The notes under the pieces were generated by a model. That model made no database searches, was not told the origin of the DNA, and was given only the letters and a program-made list of their open reading frames with translations. Below, in pieces: positions 37,203 to 47,671 of a stretch of 64,000 nt of DNA (within the stretch, counting starts at the first letter, position 1; each line of letters starts with the position of its first letter). Made by a program: the position numbers and the translations under genes. The DNA is from Myxococcota bacterium (GTDB lineage: Bacteria; Myxococcota_A; UBA9160; UBA4427), in the NCBI GenBank assembly GCA_036336835.1, contig JAYZFK010000034.1:1-64000 (forward strand). The letters run 5' to 3'.

Positions 37203-37700
37203 ATGTCGCTGCAAGAGACACCGGCTCCCGACGTATCGGACGTCGCAGCGAACATGCGCTGGCTGCGCGACCGCGAGCAACTGAGGATGCTGTACCAGCG
37301 CTACGCCTTCGGCGTCGACTCCGGCAACTTCGACATCGTTCGATCGGTCTTCCACCCCGACTGCACCGTGAGCGGCACGCTCGAGAACGGGGCGCTCGAG
37401 CCCTACCTCGAGGGCATCGAACAGGCGCTCCAGCAGTGGGACGCCACGATGCACCTGATGGGCAACCAGTACGTCCAGATCGACGGCGACGAGGGCCACG
37501 TCGAGACCTGGGTGGTCGGCTATCACATGGAAGCCCCGGGCAGCCCACTCGATCACCTCGTGCTCGGACTGCGCTATCAGGACGACGTGGTGCGCGTCGA
37601 AGACGACTGGAAGATCATTCGGCGCAACACGGTCAAGCAGTGGCACACGGGCCCTTTCCCCAGACCGTCGCTGGGTCCTCCCTCGTATCCACGTTCCTGA
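37203..37700 (+). CDS. SnoaL-like / NTF2-family protein (LinA/BaiE-like)
   Basis: RYAFGVD, TMHLMGN, RYQDDVVR..DWKI.RR. Confidence 0.82.
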   Translation: MSLQETPAPDVSDVAANMRWLRDREQLRMLYQRYAFGVDSGNFDIVRSVFHPDCTVSGTLENGALEPYLEGIEQALQQWDATMHLMGNQYVQIDGDEGHVETWVVGYHMEAPGSPLDHLVLGLRYQDDVVRVEDDWKIIRRNTVKQWHTGPFPRPSLGPPSYPRS

Positions 37701-37715
37701 GTGGTGAGTGCAAGC

Positions 37716-39242
37716 ATGACGCGGTCAATCGACCAGCCGTCGTCGCATCCGCCGGATCACGAGGTCGTAATCGTCGGCTCCGGCTTCTCAGGCATCGGCG
37801 CAGCCATCAAGCTCGAGAGCATGGGGATCCGCGACTATCTGATTCTGGAGAAGGCCGACGACCTCGGCGGCACATGGAGAGACAACGACTACCCCGGCCT
37901 GGCGGTCGACATGCCGTCGTTCATCTACTGCTACCCGCTCGCGATGAGCGCGCACTGGAGCCGCGTCTACCCGCCGGCCCACGAGATCAAGGCATACGCC
38001 GATCACTGCGCGGACAAGTACGGCGTGCGACCACACATCCGGTTCGGCAAGACAGTCGTCGAGACCGTGTACGACAGCGCCCGGAACGCCTGGCTCACGC
38101 GACTCGACGACGGCGAGGCCATCGCGTCGAGGTTCTTCGTGAGCGCCTCCGGCTTGCTGATCGAGCCGGAGCTGCCCGATATCGCGGGGATCGACGAATT
38201 TCGGGGGAAGCTCCTCCACAGCGCCCGCTGGGATCACGACTACGACCTGACGGGCAAGCGCGTCGCGGTGATCGGAACGGGAGCGACGGCTGTCCAGCTG
38301 ATCCCGACGATTGCCGCCGAGGTGGCGCGCCTCGACGTGTACCAGCGGACCGCCATCTGGCTGATGGGCAAACCGGATGCGGCGATCAGTGCCGGGTGGG
38401 AGCGGGCCTTTCGCGCCGCACCCTTGCTGCAAGACATCGTGAGGTGGACGATCAACGTGATCGTCGAGCTGTCGATGGGGCCCGCCTTCGTTCGCTACAA
38501 GCAGTTCCCCTGGATGTTCCGCTGGCTCGAACGGAAGTTGATCGACTCGATCCGGAGCCAGGTCGACGACCCGGAAACCCAGGAAAAGCTGATCCCGAAG
38601 TACAGCTTCTTCTGCAAGCGGCCCAGCTTCTCGAACGTGTACTACCCGGTCTTCAACCGCGAACACGTCGAGCTGATCACGGACCCGATCGAGCGAATCA
38701 CCGAGAACGCGATCACGACGCGCGACGGCGCAGAGCGCGAGATCGACGCGCTGATCTGCGCCACGGGGTACAGCGTCTTCCGTCGGGACTGCGCGCCAAA
38801 CTTCGAAGTCTTCGGAACAGACGGGAAGAACCTCGGCGATTTTTGGCAAGCCAATCGCTTCCAGGCCTATCAAGGCGCGAGCGTACCCGGCTTTCCGAAC
38901 TTCTTCCTGATGATGGGGCCGTACTCGGCAGCGGGTGCGTCCTACTTCAGCATGATCGACACCCAGACTCGACACCTCGCGCGCTGCCTGCGCGAAGCCC
39001 GCCGACGCAACGCGAATTACGTCGAGGTGAAGCAGGCCGCACACGATCGTGACTTCCGGAAGGTCGAGCGCCGCAGGGAGAACACGGTGCTGTTCGCGGG
39101 CAACTGCGCGTCCTCGAACAGCTACTACTTCGACCACCGCGGCGACACGCCGGGCCTGCGCCCCGTCACAGGACTCGAGCACTGGCTGAACAGCCTGCTC
39201 TTCAGCATGCGGGACTACGACTTCGAGCAACGGCCCGAATGA
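37716..39242 (+). CDS. Baeyer-Villiger / flavin-containing monooxygenase
   Basis: GSGFSG, GGTW..NDYPG, BVMO fingerprint FRGKLLHSARW, GTGATAVQ, ATGY. Confidence 0.93.
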   Translation: MTRSIDQPSSHPPDHEVVIVGSGFSGIGAAIKLESMGIRDYLILEKADDLGGTWRDNDYPGLAVDMPSFIYCYPLAMSAHWSRVYPPAHEIKAYADHCADKYGVRPHIRFGKTVVETVYDSARNAWLTRLDDGEAIASRFFVSASGLLIEPELPDIAGIDEFRGKLLHSARWDHDYDLTGKRVAVIGTGATAVQLIPTIAAEVARLDVYQRTAIWLMGKPDAAISAGWERAFRAAPLLQDIVRWTINVIVELSMGPAFVRYKQFPWMFRWLERKLIDSIRSQVDDPETQEKLIPKYSFFCKRPSFSNVYYPVFNREHVELITDPIERITENAITTRDGAEREIDALICATGYSVFRRDCAPNFEVFGTDGKNLGDFWQANRFQAYQGASVPGFPNFFLMMGPYSAAGASYFSMIDTQTRHLARCLREARRRNANYVEVKQAAHDRDFRKVERRRENTVLFAGNCASSNSYYFDHRGDTPGLRPVTGLEHWLNSLLFSMRDYDFEQRPE

Positions 39243-39384
39243 GAAGCGCCCGAGCGCGACCGGCACAGCGGGTGAACCGCCCTGTCGGACCCTCAGCCTG
39301 TGGATCGCTCCCCGGCAGGAGAGGGGCGGAGAGCCATCGCGGGCCGCCTTGGGGTGCCGCAGCGCGGCGAGGTAGAGTTCCGCC

Positions 39385-40113
39385 GTGAGCACTGAGCGCG
39401 ACGAGACGATCCCGCTCGACGATGGCGCGTCGATGCGAGCGCTGCTCACCCTCCCGGACGACGAGAAGCCCGCCGGGGGCTGGCCGCTCATTATCGCGAT
39501 CCACGACGCCTTCGGCTTCTCGGACGACATCCGACGCATCGCGAGACGGTTTGCGGACAACGGCTACGCGGCGCTGGCCCCTGCGGTCTACGACGGGGCG
39601 GGGGCGCCCTTCCTCTGTGTCGTGCGCACATTCCGGGATCTGCAGGCCCGCAAGGGGCCGGCCTTCGACCGCATCGAGGCGGCTCGCGCTCACGCGGCCG
39701 CGCTGCCCGAGATCGACAGCGATCGCCTGGGCATCACCGGCTTCTGCATGGGCGGCGGCTTTGCGATCTTCTTCGCGGCACGCGGCGGACTCAAGGTGTG
39801 CGCGCCGTACTACGGGGACACACCGGGCCGCGCCGACGAGCTGCGCGACGTCTGCCCGGTGGTCGCCGGCTTCGGCGCGCTCGACGAGCAGTTCGCGGTG
39901 CAGGGAGAGCGCCTCGAGAAGCACCTGACCGAGCTCGGCGTGGAGCACGATGTCAAGATCTATCCCGACGTCGGCCACTCCTACATGAACGACTTCGGCG
40001 ATGGCGTGATGGCTGCGGTGATGCGCCGTACCCCGCTGCACGCCGGGCACGACGAAGCCGCGTCCGAGGACTCGTGGCGGCGGATGCTCGGCTTCTTCTC
40101 CCAGCACCTCTAG
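39385..40113 (+). CDS. dienelactone hydrolase family protein
   Basis: HDAFG, GFCMGG, YPDVGHSYMN. Confidence 0.92.
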   Translation: MSTERDETIPLDDGASMRALLTLPDDEKPAGGWPLIIAIHDAFGFSDDIRRIARRFADNGYAALAPAVYDGAGAPFLCVVRTFRDLQARKGPAFDRIEAARAHAAALPEIDSDRLGITGFCMGGGFAIFFAARGGLKVCAPYYGDTPGRADELRDVCPVVAGFGALDEQFAVQGERLEKHLTELGVEHDVKIYPDVGHSYMNDFGDGVMAAVMRRTPLHAGHDEAASEDSWRRMLGFFSQHL

Positions 40114-40150
40114 GCCATCCGAGTCGCTCTCGATCCGACCCGTTCCGGAG

Positions 40151-41179
40151 CTACCCGCCGATCTGGTACATCTCGATTCGCTCGCGTTCGCCCGTCGCCG
40201 TGAGCGCGGAGCGCTGCTCGGAGTAGCGATCGTCGCGTCCAGTCCACACGCGCTCGAGCAGCGCCGTCAGCTGTTCGTCGCTCGCGCCACTGCGCAGCGG
40301 TCCCCGCAGATCGGTTCCCCGGGATGCGAAGAGACAGGTGACGAGCTGACCGTCCGTGGTGAGCCGCGCTCGGGTGCAGCCGCCGCAGAAGGGCTGTGTG
40401 ACCGAGGCGATGATGCCGATCTCTCCTGAGCCATCGGTATAGCGCCAGCGCTGTGCGACCTCGCCCGGGTAGTTGGGGTCGATCGGCTCGATGCCGAAAG
40501 CCTCGTCGAGCAGGCGAACCATCTCGTGTGCGGGCACGACGTGCTCGAGCTCCCAGCCGTTGCGGGTTCCGACGTCCATGTACTCGATGAAGCGCACGAT
40601 GTGGCCGCTGCCCTTGAAGTGGCCGGCCAGGTCCACCAGCGTGTGGTCGTTTACTCCCCGTTGGACGACGCAGTTGAGCTTGACCGGGGTGAACCCGGCC
40701 TGCTCGGCGGCGTCGACCCCCTCGAGCACCCGGGCCACACCCAGCTTGCCGCCGTTCATGGCCAGGAAGACCTCTTCGTCCAGGCTGTCGAGACTCACGG
40801 CCACCCGCCGGAGCCCGGCGTCACGCAGCGGCGCGGCCAGCTTCGGCAGCAGGGTCGCGTTGGTGGTCAGCGCCAGGTCCTCGACACCGGGCACACCGGC
40901 CAGACGCGTGATCAGGTCCGGCAGCCCGTGGCGGAGCAGCGGCTCGCCGCCCGTGATGCGAAGCTTGTGGACGCCCAGCGGTGCCAGCAGGCGCACCAGG
41001 CGCTCGATCTCCTCGAAGCGCAGGATCTCGGCGCGCGGCAGGAACTCGTAGCGCTCGCCGAAGATCTCGCCCGGCATGCAGTAGCTGCAGCGAAAGTTGC
41101 AACGGTCGGTGACCGAGATCCGCAGGTCGCGAACGGGCCGGCCGAGTTGGTCGCGGAGGTCGGGGCGAACGATGTCCAT
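40151..41179 (-). CDS. moaA: GTP 3',8-cyclase (molybdopterin biosynthesis radical SAM)
   Basis: LRISVTDRCNFRCSYCMP, TGGEPLLR, FIEYMDVG, FCGGCTRARL...CLF, C-terminal IGG. Confidence 0.97.
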   Translation of the reverse strand: MDIVRPDLRDQLGRPVRDLRISVTDRCNFRCSYCMPGEIFGERYEFLPRAEILRFEEIERLVRLLAPLGVHKLRITGGEPLLRHGLPDLITRLAGVPGVEDLALTTNATLLPKLAAPLRDAGLRRVAVSLDSLDEEVFLAMNGGKLGVARVLEGVDAAEQAGFTPVKLNCVVQRGVNDHTLVDLAGHFKGSGHIVRFIEYMDVGTRNGWELEHVVPAHEMVRLLDEAFGIEPIDPNYPGEVAQRWRYTDGSGEIGIIASVTQPFCGGCTRARLTTDGQLVTCLFASRGTDLRGPLRSGASDEQLTALLERVWTGRDDRYSEQRSALTATGERERIEMYQIGG

Positions 41180-41345
41180 CGGGGCTTCCCTGGGGCGGAG
41201 GGACAGGATAGCGCCCCGCGGGCTCCCGCGGCGAGACAGCAGGCCACGGCAGGGGCTATTGACCCCGCGAGATCCGCGCGTAGCTTCCCCGGTGACGCCC
41301 TGGGGGCGCCCCGAGCCGGGCGCCACCAGCGTCGAGAGGAGCGAA

Positions 41346-41678
41346 ATGCCCATCGTCGAGGTTACGCAGACGGCCGCCGACAAGGCGAAGCAGCTGCTCG
41401 CTCGCGACGGCCGAGCCGGCGACGCCCTTCGCGTCCGAACCGTGGATGGCGGCTGCAGCGGCATGCGCTACGAGCTGGTCTTCGACGACGCACCCGCCTC
41501 CGACGACGAGGAGAGCGAGCAGTTTGGCCTTCGTGTGCTGGTCGACGCCGAGAGCGCGCCCTACCTCGAGGGCAGCTCCGTCGACTTCGTGGACGACCTC
41601 AACGAGAGCGGCTTCAAGATCCACAACCCCCGAGCGGGAACGACCTGCGGCTGTGGCGAGAGCTTCAACGTCGTCTGA
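41346..41678 (+). CDS. A-type Fe-S cluster carrier (HesB/IscA/ErpA family)
   Basis: GGCSGMRY and CGCGESF motifs; AGGAG RBS. Confidence 0.93.
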   Translation: MPIVEVTQTAADKAKQLLARDGRAGDALRVRTVDGGCSGMRYELVFDDAPASDDEESEQFGLRVLVDAESAPYLEGSSVDFVDDLNESGFKIHNPRAGTTCGCGESFNVV

Positions 41679-41747
41679 CCGCCACGATCGAACCGACCGA
41701 CCCGGCGCGCTGTCCCAAGCAGCCCGGCACCCCGCCAGGAGAGAGCC

Positions 41748-42623
41748 ATGAAGCGAGTCTTCCTGTTCATCGTCACGAACATCGCGGTGCTCGTCGTCTT
41801 GAGCATCGTCCTCCGACTGCTCGGCGTCGAATCGCTGCTTCAGGACAACGGCGTCGACCTCAACTACGAGTCGCTGCTCGTCTTCTCGGCTGTCTTCGGC
41901 TTTGGCGGTGCGTTCATCTCGCTGCTGATCTCGAAGTGGATGGCGAAGCGCGCCACCGGCGCGGTCGTCATCACCGAGCCGAGCAACGACGCCGAGCAGT
42001 GGCTGCTGAACAAGGTCAGCCAGCACGCGCAGGCCGCCGGGATCAAGATGCCGGAGGTTGCGATCTTCGACTCCCCCTCGCCCAATGCGTTTGCGACGGG
42101 CGCCCGCCGCGATGCCGCGCTCGTCGCCGTCAGCACCGGCCTGCTGCGCGGCATGCGCGCGAACGAGGTCGACGCGGTGCTGGCGCACGAGATCGGCCAC
42201 GTCGCTAACGGTGACATGATCACGCTGACCCTCGTCCAGGGTGTGGTGAACACGTTCGTGATCTTCCTGTCGCGGGTGGTCGGTCACCTCGTCGACCGGG
42301 TCGTGCTCAAGAATCAACGCGGCTACGGGATTGGCTACTTCGTCGCGGTGATCGCCTCGCAGATCCTGTTCGGCATCCTGGCGAGCTTCGTCGTGAGCTG
42401 GTTCTCCCGCCAGCGCGAGTTCCGAGCCGACGCCGAGGGCGCGCGCCTCGCAGGTCGCGACAACATGATCGCCGCGCTCGAGCGACTGAAGACTGCGGGC
42501 GACGGCACCCCGCTCCCCGACGCACTCCAGGCCTTCGGGATCTCCGGCAGCGGTGGACTGATGGCGCTGATGCGCAGCCACCCCCCGCTGGACGTGCGCA
42601 TCGATGCGCTCCGCCGAGCCTGA
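41748..42623 (+). CDS. htpX: protease HtpX (M48 zinc metalloprotease)
   Basis: [45 protein letters not shown]. Confidence 0.96.
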   Translation: MKRVFLFIVTNIAVLVVLSIVLRLLGVESLLQDNGVDLNYESLLVFSAVFGFGGAFISLLISKWMAKRATGAVVITEPSNDAEQWLLNKVSQHAQAAGIKMPEVAIFDSPSPNAFATGARRDAALVAVSTGLLRGMRANEVDAVLAHEIGHVANGDMITLTLVQGVVNTFVIFLSRVVGHLVDRVVLKNQRGYGIGYFVAVIASQILFGILASFVVSWFSRQREFRADAEGARLAGRDNMIAALERLKTAGDGTPLPDALQAFGISGSGGLMALMRSHPPLDVRIDALRRA

Positions 42624-42677
42624 GCCGAGCCTGAGCCTGACCGGGCCGGCCGGGCGGCCCGACCTCCCCGGGCTGGG

Positions 42678-42711
42678 TTGCATTAATCGAACGATTGATT
42701 AATTTCTACCC
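42678..42711 (+). promoter_or_regulatory. TetR operator palindrome overlapping a putative leaderless promoter
   Basis: AT-rich inverted repeat ATTAATC-N8-GATTAAT (42682-42703) in GC-rich DNA; TTGCAT-N16-TAATTT-N6-GTG; no SD sequence. Confidence 0.6.
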
Positions 42712-43398
42712 GTGGCTCCTCCCCCCTCCCAGGAAGCCGAACGGCTGGAACGCAAACGCGCCGGGCGACCCGCTCGCGAAGGCGGCGCGGAGGTCCGCGA
42801 GCGCCTGCTCAACGCTGCGACCGAGCTCACGATCGAGCGCGGCTTCGACGCCGCTGGGATCCGCGAGATCGCAGAACGTGCCGGCGTCAGCTCGGGGATG
42901 ATCGCGTACTACTTCGGCAGCCGTCGCGGGCTGTACGAGGCGATGTTCGAGCGCGCGATCGACAGTCTCAGCTCGAATCTCGCGACGGAGCTGGACGCTC
43001 TGCTGCCCGGCGCGGACCCGATCGAGACGCTGATCCGCACGCACACGACGGCGATCGCCACCGAGCCCTGGATCCCGCAGCTGATCGCTCGCGAGGTGCT
43101 CGCCAGAGAGGGCAGCCTGCGCGAGCATTTCAAGAAGCACGTCGGTACCGAGCCGCTGGGGCTGGTGCGCCGCGCCATCACCGATGCGATGAGCCGCGGC
43201 GCCCTGCGGAGCGACCTCGATCCGACATTGACCTTGTTTACGCTACTCGGTCTGACGGCGTTCCCGTATCTGATCGGGCCGGTGCTGGGCGACCAGCTCG
43301 ACATCGAGCTCGACAACACGTTCCGCGAACGCCTGGTCGAACACAACCTCGCTCTGATTGACCGAGGTCTTCGCGCCCGCGAAGAGGAACTGACATGA
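42712..43398 (+). CDS. TetR/AcrR family transcriptional regulator
   Basis: GRP...RERLLNAA...GFDAAGIREIAERAGVSSGMIAYYFGS HTH. Confidence 0.92.
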   Translation: MAPPPSQEAERLERKRAGRPAREGGAEVRERLLNAATELTIERGFDAAGIREIAERAGVSSGMIAYYFGSRRGLYEAMFERAIDSLSSNLATELDALLPGADPIETLIRTHTTAIATEPWIPQLIAREVLAREGSLREHFKKHVGTEPLGLVRRAITDAMSRGALRSDLDPTLTLFTLLGLTAFPYLIGPVLGDQLDIELDNTFRERLVEHNLALIDRGLRAREEELT

Positions 43399-44528
43399 TC
43401 ACGATCCGTGGAGCGCTGCCCTTGCCGCTGCTGGCAGCCCTGGCACTCGCCGCCCTGCCCGGCTGCGAGAATTCCGCCGCTGAGGGCGCCGTCGCCCCGG
43501 CCGAACCCGCCCCGATCACGACGCAGCAGCGCGTGCGCACGGTGGTGATCCACAGCGCCCCGCTCGACTCGATGCAGCGCGCGTCCGGGCTGGTGCGCGC
43601 GTTCCACAAGGCCACTGTGATGGCGGAGACCCAGGCGCGCGTGGTCTCGCGCCTCGTGGAACGGGGGCAGTCCGTCGCATCGGGCGACACGCTGATCGAG
43701 CTCGACGCCTCGCGGCTCGAACTCGAGCTGCGACGGGCCGAGGCCACCTTGAAGGCTCGCTGGAACGATCTCGCCCACGCGGAGCGCGAATTCGATCGCG
43801 GCGAACGCCTGGCCGAGCGCAATGCGATCAGCGCGCAACAGCGCGACGACTTGCGCCACGGACTCGACCGGGCGCGCGATGACCACGCGCTCGCCGAGGT
43901 CGCGCGCGACAGCGCAGACCGCAACCTCGCCGACACCCGCATCACCGCGCCGTTCGCCGGTCGGGTCGACGAGCTCGAGGTCGATGTCGGGGACTACGTC
44001 GCGCCCGGCACCCCGGTCGCCACACTGGTCGAACTGAGCCGCGCGCGGGTGTTCGCGGGGGTCACCGCGCAGGCTGCCGCCCGGCTCGAGCCGGGGAGCC
44101 ACGCCACGATCAGACTCGCCGCACTCGGCGGGGTCGAGGTCCCCGCGACGCTGCGCAGCGTTGCGAGCGTGGCGAGCGAGCGCGACGGCACCTACCCCGT
44201 CGAGCTGTGGATCGATGCGCCGCCGGCGGGGATCCGCGACGGCATGGTCGCCTCGGTGGAGCTCGCCTCGTCGGCGCTCGACGCCGTGCCCCTGGCTCCG
44301 CGCGCGGGCCTGCTGCGACGCGCGGGCAAGCCGGAGATTTTCGTCGTGGAGCGCGACGGCGAGCGCGAGGTCGCGCGCCTCCGGCGCCTGCGGACGCGGC
44401 GCAGCGCTGGCGAGTGGATCGAGGTGCTCGAAGGCCTCGAGGACGGAGACCGGGTCGTCGTAGATGGGCAGTTCGCCTTGCGCGATGGGGCCCCGGTGAT
44501 CCGCGACGACGCTACTGCGGCGAACTGA
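43395..44528 (+). CDS. RND efflux periplasmic adaptor (membrane fusion protein), lipoprotein
   Basis: Lipobox LPGC, lipoyl half-motifs (VERGQSV, ITAPFAG, VGDYV), coiled hairpin, GLEDGDRVV. Confidence 0.92.
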   Translation: MITIRGALPLPLLAALALAALPGCENSAAEGAVAPAEPAPITTQQRVRTVVIHSAPLDSMQRASGLVRAFHKATVMAETQARVVSRLVERGQSVASGDTLIELDASRLELELRRAEATLKARWNDLAHAEREFDRGERLAERNAISAQQRDDLRHGLDRARDDHALAEVARDSADRNLADTRITAPFAGRVDELEVDVGDYVAPGTPVATLVELSRARVFAGVTAQAAARLEPGSHATIRLAALGGVEVPATLRSVASVASERDGTYPVELWIDAPPAGIRDGMVASVELASSALDAVPLAPRAGLLRRAGKPEIFVVERDGEREVARLRRLRTRRSAGEWIEVLEGLEDGDRVVVDGQFALRDGAPVIRDDATAAN

Positions 44529-44537
44529 GTCTCTTCG

Positions 44538-47500
44538 GTGGAACGCCTAATTCGCTTCTTCGTCGAGCGGCACCTGCTCGTCAACATGATCACGCTCGGC
44601 GTGATCGGTCTAGGCGTAATCAGCGCGCTGCGCATCGACGTCGAGGGCATCCCGGCGATCGACTTTCCGAGCTTCATCATCACTGCGAACCTCCCCGGTG
44701 CCTCGGCGCGCGACATCGAGGCGAAGATCACGATCCCGCTCGAGGAGGCTCTCGAGGAAGTCGACGGCCTCGATCACTACACCAGCGAGATCACCAAGAA
44801 CCGCAGCGTGACCACGGTCGAACTGGACGACGACACGCCGCGAGACGACATCCTCGAGAAGGAGCGCGAGATCCGCGCGGCGATCGACGGGGTCGCCAAC
44901 TTCCCGCCCGAGATGGTCGACGATCCTCTGATCATCCGGATAGATCCCTCGAAGCAACCGGTCTTCGAATACGCCCTGGCCGGCCCGGCGGAGCTGCTCC
45001 CCGAGGTTGCCGATCGGATCGAGCGGCGCATGCGCCGCGTTCCCGAGATCGGAGACGTCGGCGTCGTCGGCCTGCCGGATCCCGAGATGCGCGTGCTCGT
45101 CGATCCCGATCTCGCGCGCGCTCATGGTGTCGCACTGCTCGACGTGGTGCAGGCACTCGAGCAGCGCAACGTGTCGGCGACCGGCGGGTCACTGGAGACG
45201 GCGAGCGCGCGGCGTCAGGTCGTGCTCTGGGGCCGCTTCGGAACGGTCGACCAGGTGGGAGATGTGATCCTGCGCTTCGACCCGCGCGAGGGGGTCGTCC
45301 GCGTGCGCGACGTCGCCCGCGTCGAGCTCGGGCGCGAGGACACCGGCTTGATCGCGAGCACCAACGGTCGCGCCGGCGTCTCGTTGATTCCCCAGAAGAA
45401 GCGCCGCGCCGATCTGATCCGATCCCACGCTGGTCTGGTCGCGGCGGTCGAGAACGAACCACTGCCCGAGGGCGTCACGGCCACGATCGTCAACGACAGC
45501 TCGTTCGACATCCGCAACCGACTCGAGATCATCGCAAACAACGGCTTGATGGGCATCGCCCTCGTCGCGCTCATTGTCTTCATCTTTCTGGCTCCGTCCG
45601 CTGCAACCTGGGTCTGCATGGGCGTTCCACTCGTCATCCTGGGCGTCATCGCACTGATGCCTTGGTTCGGCATGACTGCCAACTTCATGTCGACTACGGC
45701 CTTCGTCGTGATCCTCGGGCTACTGGTCGACGATGCCGTCGTGGTTGCGGAGAAGATCCTGCTCAAGCGCCAGGATGGCCTGTCTGCCAGCGAGGCAGCG
45801 ATCCAAGGCACGACCGAGGTGGCACGACCGGTGATCACAGCGGCGATCACCACCCTGCTCGCCTTCGCTCCGCTGATCGCGATCGGCGGCTTCCCCGGGA
45901 AGATCATCTGGCAGCTCCCGGCGGTCGTCGTCATCGCCCTGGCGCTCTCGCTGCTGGAGTCGTTCCTGATCCTGCCGCCACACATGTCGATGGTGCGCAG
46001 CGACACGAGGCCGCGTCCGAAGCGGCAATTCATCCTACGACTCGAGGCGGGCTACCGCAGCCTGCTCGAGCGCTGGCTCCCGAAGCGCGGGCGAATCATC
46101 GCGATCTTTGCAGCCGGATTCCTGGCGATCATGCTCGGCATCGCGCCGCGCATGCAGTTCCAGTTCTTCCCGCAAGAGGATTCGCGGGCCGTCTACCTGA
46201 AGGTCAAGACCCCGATCGGGACGCCGATCGAGCGCACCGAGGCGGTGCTCGACGCGATCGGGCAGCAGATCCTACGGCTGATGGGAGACGCACTCGAGGG
46301 GCTGACGGCGCGGGTCGGACACCAGGATCCGCTGGGCCTGGGCCGGGACTACGGCAGTGCGGAGAACGAAGGCCTGGTGTCGGCATACATCGACCCCACG
46401 AACAAGCAGCGTTCGGCAGCCGAGTGGATCGTGTACCTGAAGCAGCACGTGGGGATCCCCGACGACGCCGAGGTCCTCTTCGAGGCTGCGGTCGACGGTC
46501 CACCGGGGCTCGAGCCGATCAATGTGTTCGTACTCGCGAACGACGATGCGACGCGGCGCCAGGTCTCCCGCGAGGTGCACGACTACCTGTCCGGCGTGCC
46601 CGGCGTCGTCGACCTCGACATCGACGAGCGACCCGGCATGCGCGAGCTCGACCTGAACCTCGACTACGAGAAGCTCGCGCTACTCGGTCTCGACGCCAGC
46701 TCCGTGGGACGCACATTGCAGGCGGCATTCTACGGGCTGATCGCCACAGAGATCCGCGACATCGACGACACGATCGACGTGCGCGTACTGTTCGAACCCG
46801 CGGCACGCGGCTCGCTCGACGCACTGCTCGACACCTCCGTGCGCAACGACCACGGCGAGCTGGTGCGTCTGCGGGATGTGGTCCGACCGGTCGAGACCCC
46901 TTCGCTGTCGGCCATTCACCACCGCGACGGCTTGCGCGCCGCAAACGTGACGGGTGGCTTCGGACCGGACAGCCCCGTCACCGCCAGCTCGCTCGCCGCG
47001 CTGATGGAACGCGACCTGCTGCCCCGCTACGCCGGGCGATCGGATGTCGAGATCGAGCTTTCGGGCGAGGTCGTGCAGTCGCGCCGCGCGATGGGAGACC
47101 TGGGCCTCGTGTTCGCATTGTCGGTGATGGGGATCGGCGCGGTGATCGCGATCATGCTCGGTTCGTTCCTCGAGGCGTTCTTCGTGCTTGCGGTCGTACC
47201 GTTCTCGGTGGCTGCGGTGACTCTCGCGATGTTCGCGCACGGCAAGCACTTCTCATTACTCGCGGTAATCGGGGCGATCGGGCTTTCCGGCGTGGTGGTG
47301 AACTCGTCGATCGTGATGATCGACGCGGTTCACCGGGCGCAGCTGAGGGCGGGAGCCGACGAGCAGAGGCGAACGCGGGCGATGATCGATGCACTCGTCG
47401 GCCGCCTCCGCCCCATCCTGGTGACCAGTCTTTCGACGCTCTGCGGCGTCATGCCCACTGCCTACGGCTTCGGCGGCTACGACCAGATCATGTCGCCGCT

Positions 47501-47654
47501 GTCGCTCGCGATCGGCTGGGGCCTCGCCCTGTCGACCGGAGTCACGCTCTTCCTGGTGCCCGCGCTCTACGTCACTGCCAACGACTGGACCCGGCGCTTC
47601 GCGATCTGGCGCGCGCGGCGGCGAGGCGAAGCCGCGATCGAGGCCGCCGCCTGA
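44538..47654 (+). CDS. RND efflux transporter permease (AcrB/AcrD/AcrF family)
   Basis: 1038 aa; PGASA.DIE, GLLVDDAVVV, GVVVNSSIV, RLRPILVTS. Confidence 0.94.
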   Translation: MERLIRFFVERHLLVNMITLGVIGLGVISALRIDVEGIPAIDFPSFIITANLPGASARDIEAKITIPLEEALEEVDGLDHYTSEITKNRSVTTVELDDDTPRDDILEKEREIRAAIDGVANFPPEMVDDPLIIRIDPSKQPVFEYALAGPAELLPEVADRIERRMRRVPEIGDVGVVGLPDPEMRVLVDPDLARAHGVALLDVVQALEQRNVSATGGSLETASARRQVVLWGRFGTVDQVGDVILRFDPREGVVRVRDVARVELGREDTGLIASTNGRAGVSLIPQKKRRADLIRSHAGLVAAVENEPLPEGVTATIVNDSSFDIRNRLEIIANNGLMGIALVALIVFIFLAPSAATWVCMGVPLVILGVIALMPWFGMTANFMSTTAFVVILGLLVDDAVVVAEKILLKRQDGLSASEAAIQGTTEVARPVITAAITTLLAFAPLIAIGGFPGKIIWQLPAVVVIALALSLLESFLILPPHMSMVRSDTRPRPKRQFILRLEAGYRSLLERWLPKRGRIIAIFAAGFLAIMLGIAPRMQFQFFPQEDSRAVYLKVKTPIGTPIERTEAVLDAIGQQILRLMGDALEGLTARVGHQDPLGLGRDYGSAENEGLVSAYIDPTNKQRSAAEWIVYLKQHVGIPDDAEVLFEAAVDGPPGLEPINVFVLANDDATRRQVSREVHDYLSGVPGVVDLDIDERPGMRELDLNLDYEKLALLGLDASSVGRTLQAAFYGLIATEIRDIDDTIDVRVLFEPAARGSLDALLDTSVRNDHGELVRLRDVVRPVETPSLSAIHHRDGLRAANVTGGFGPDSPVTASSLAALMERDLLPRYAGRSDVEIELSGEVVQSRRAMGDLGLVFALSVMGIGAVIAIMLGSFLEAFFVLAVVPFSVAAVTLAMFAHGKHFSLLAVIGAIGLSGVVVNSSIVMIDAVHRAQLRAGADEQRRTRAMIDALVGRLRPILVTSLSTLCGVMPTAYGFGGYDQIMSPLSLAIGWGLALSTGVTLFLVPALYVTANDWTRRFAIWRARRRGEAAIEAAA

Positions 47655-47671
47655 CGCCCGCGCCCAACCGG

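Noticed and set aside
42615..42680. GAGCC(T) tandem repeats and GC-rich stretch after htpX, considered as a terminator or repeat element
   Set aside because: Only about four short imperfect units; no clean stem followed by a U-tract.
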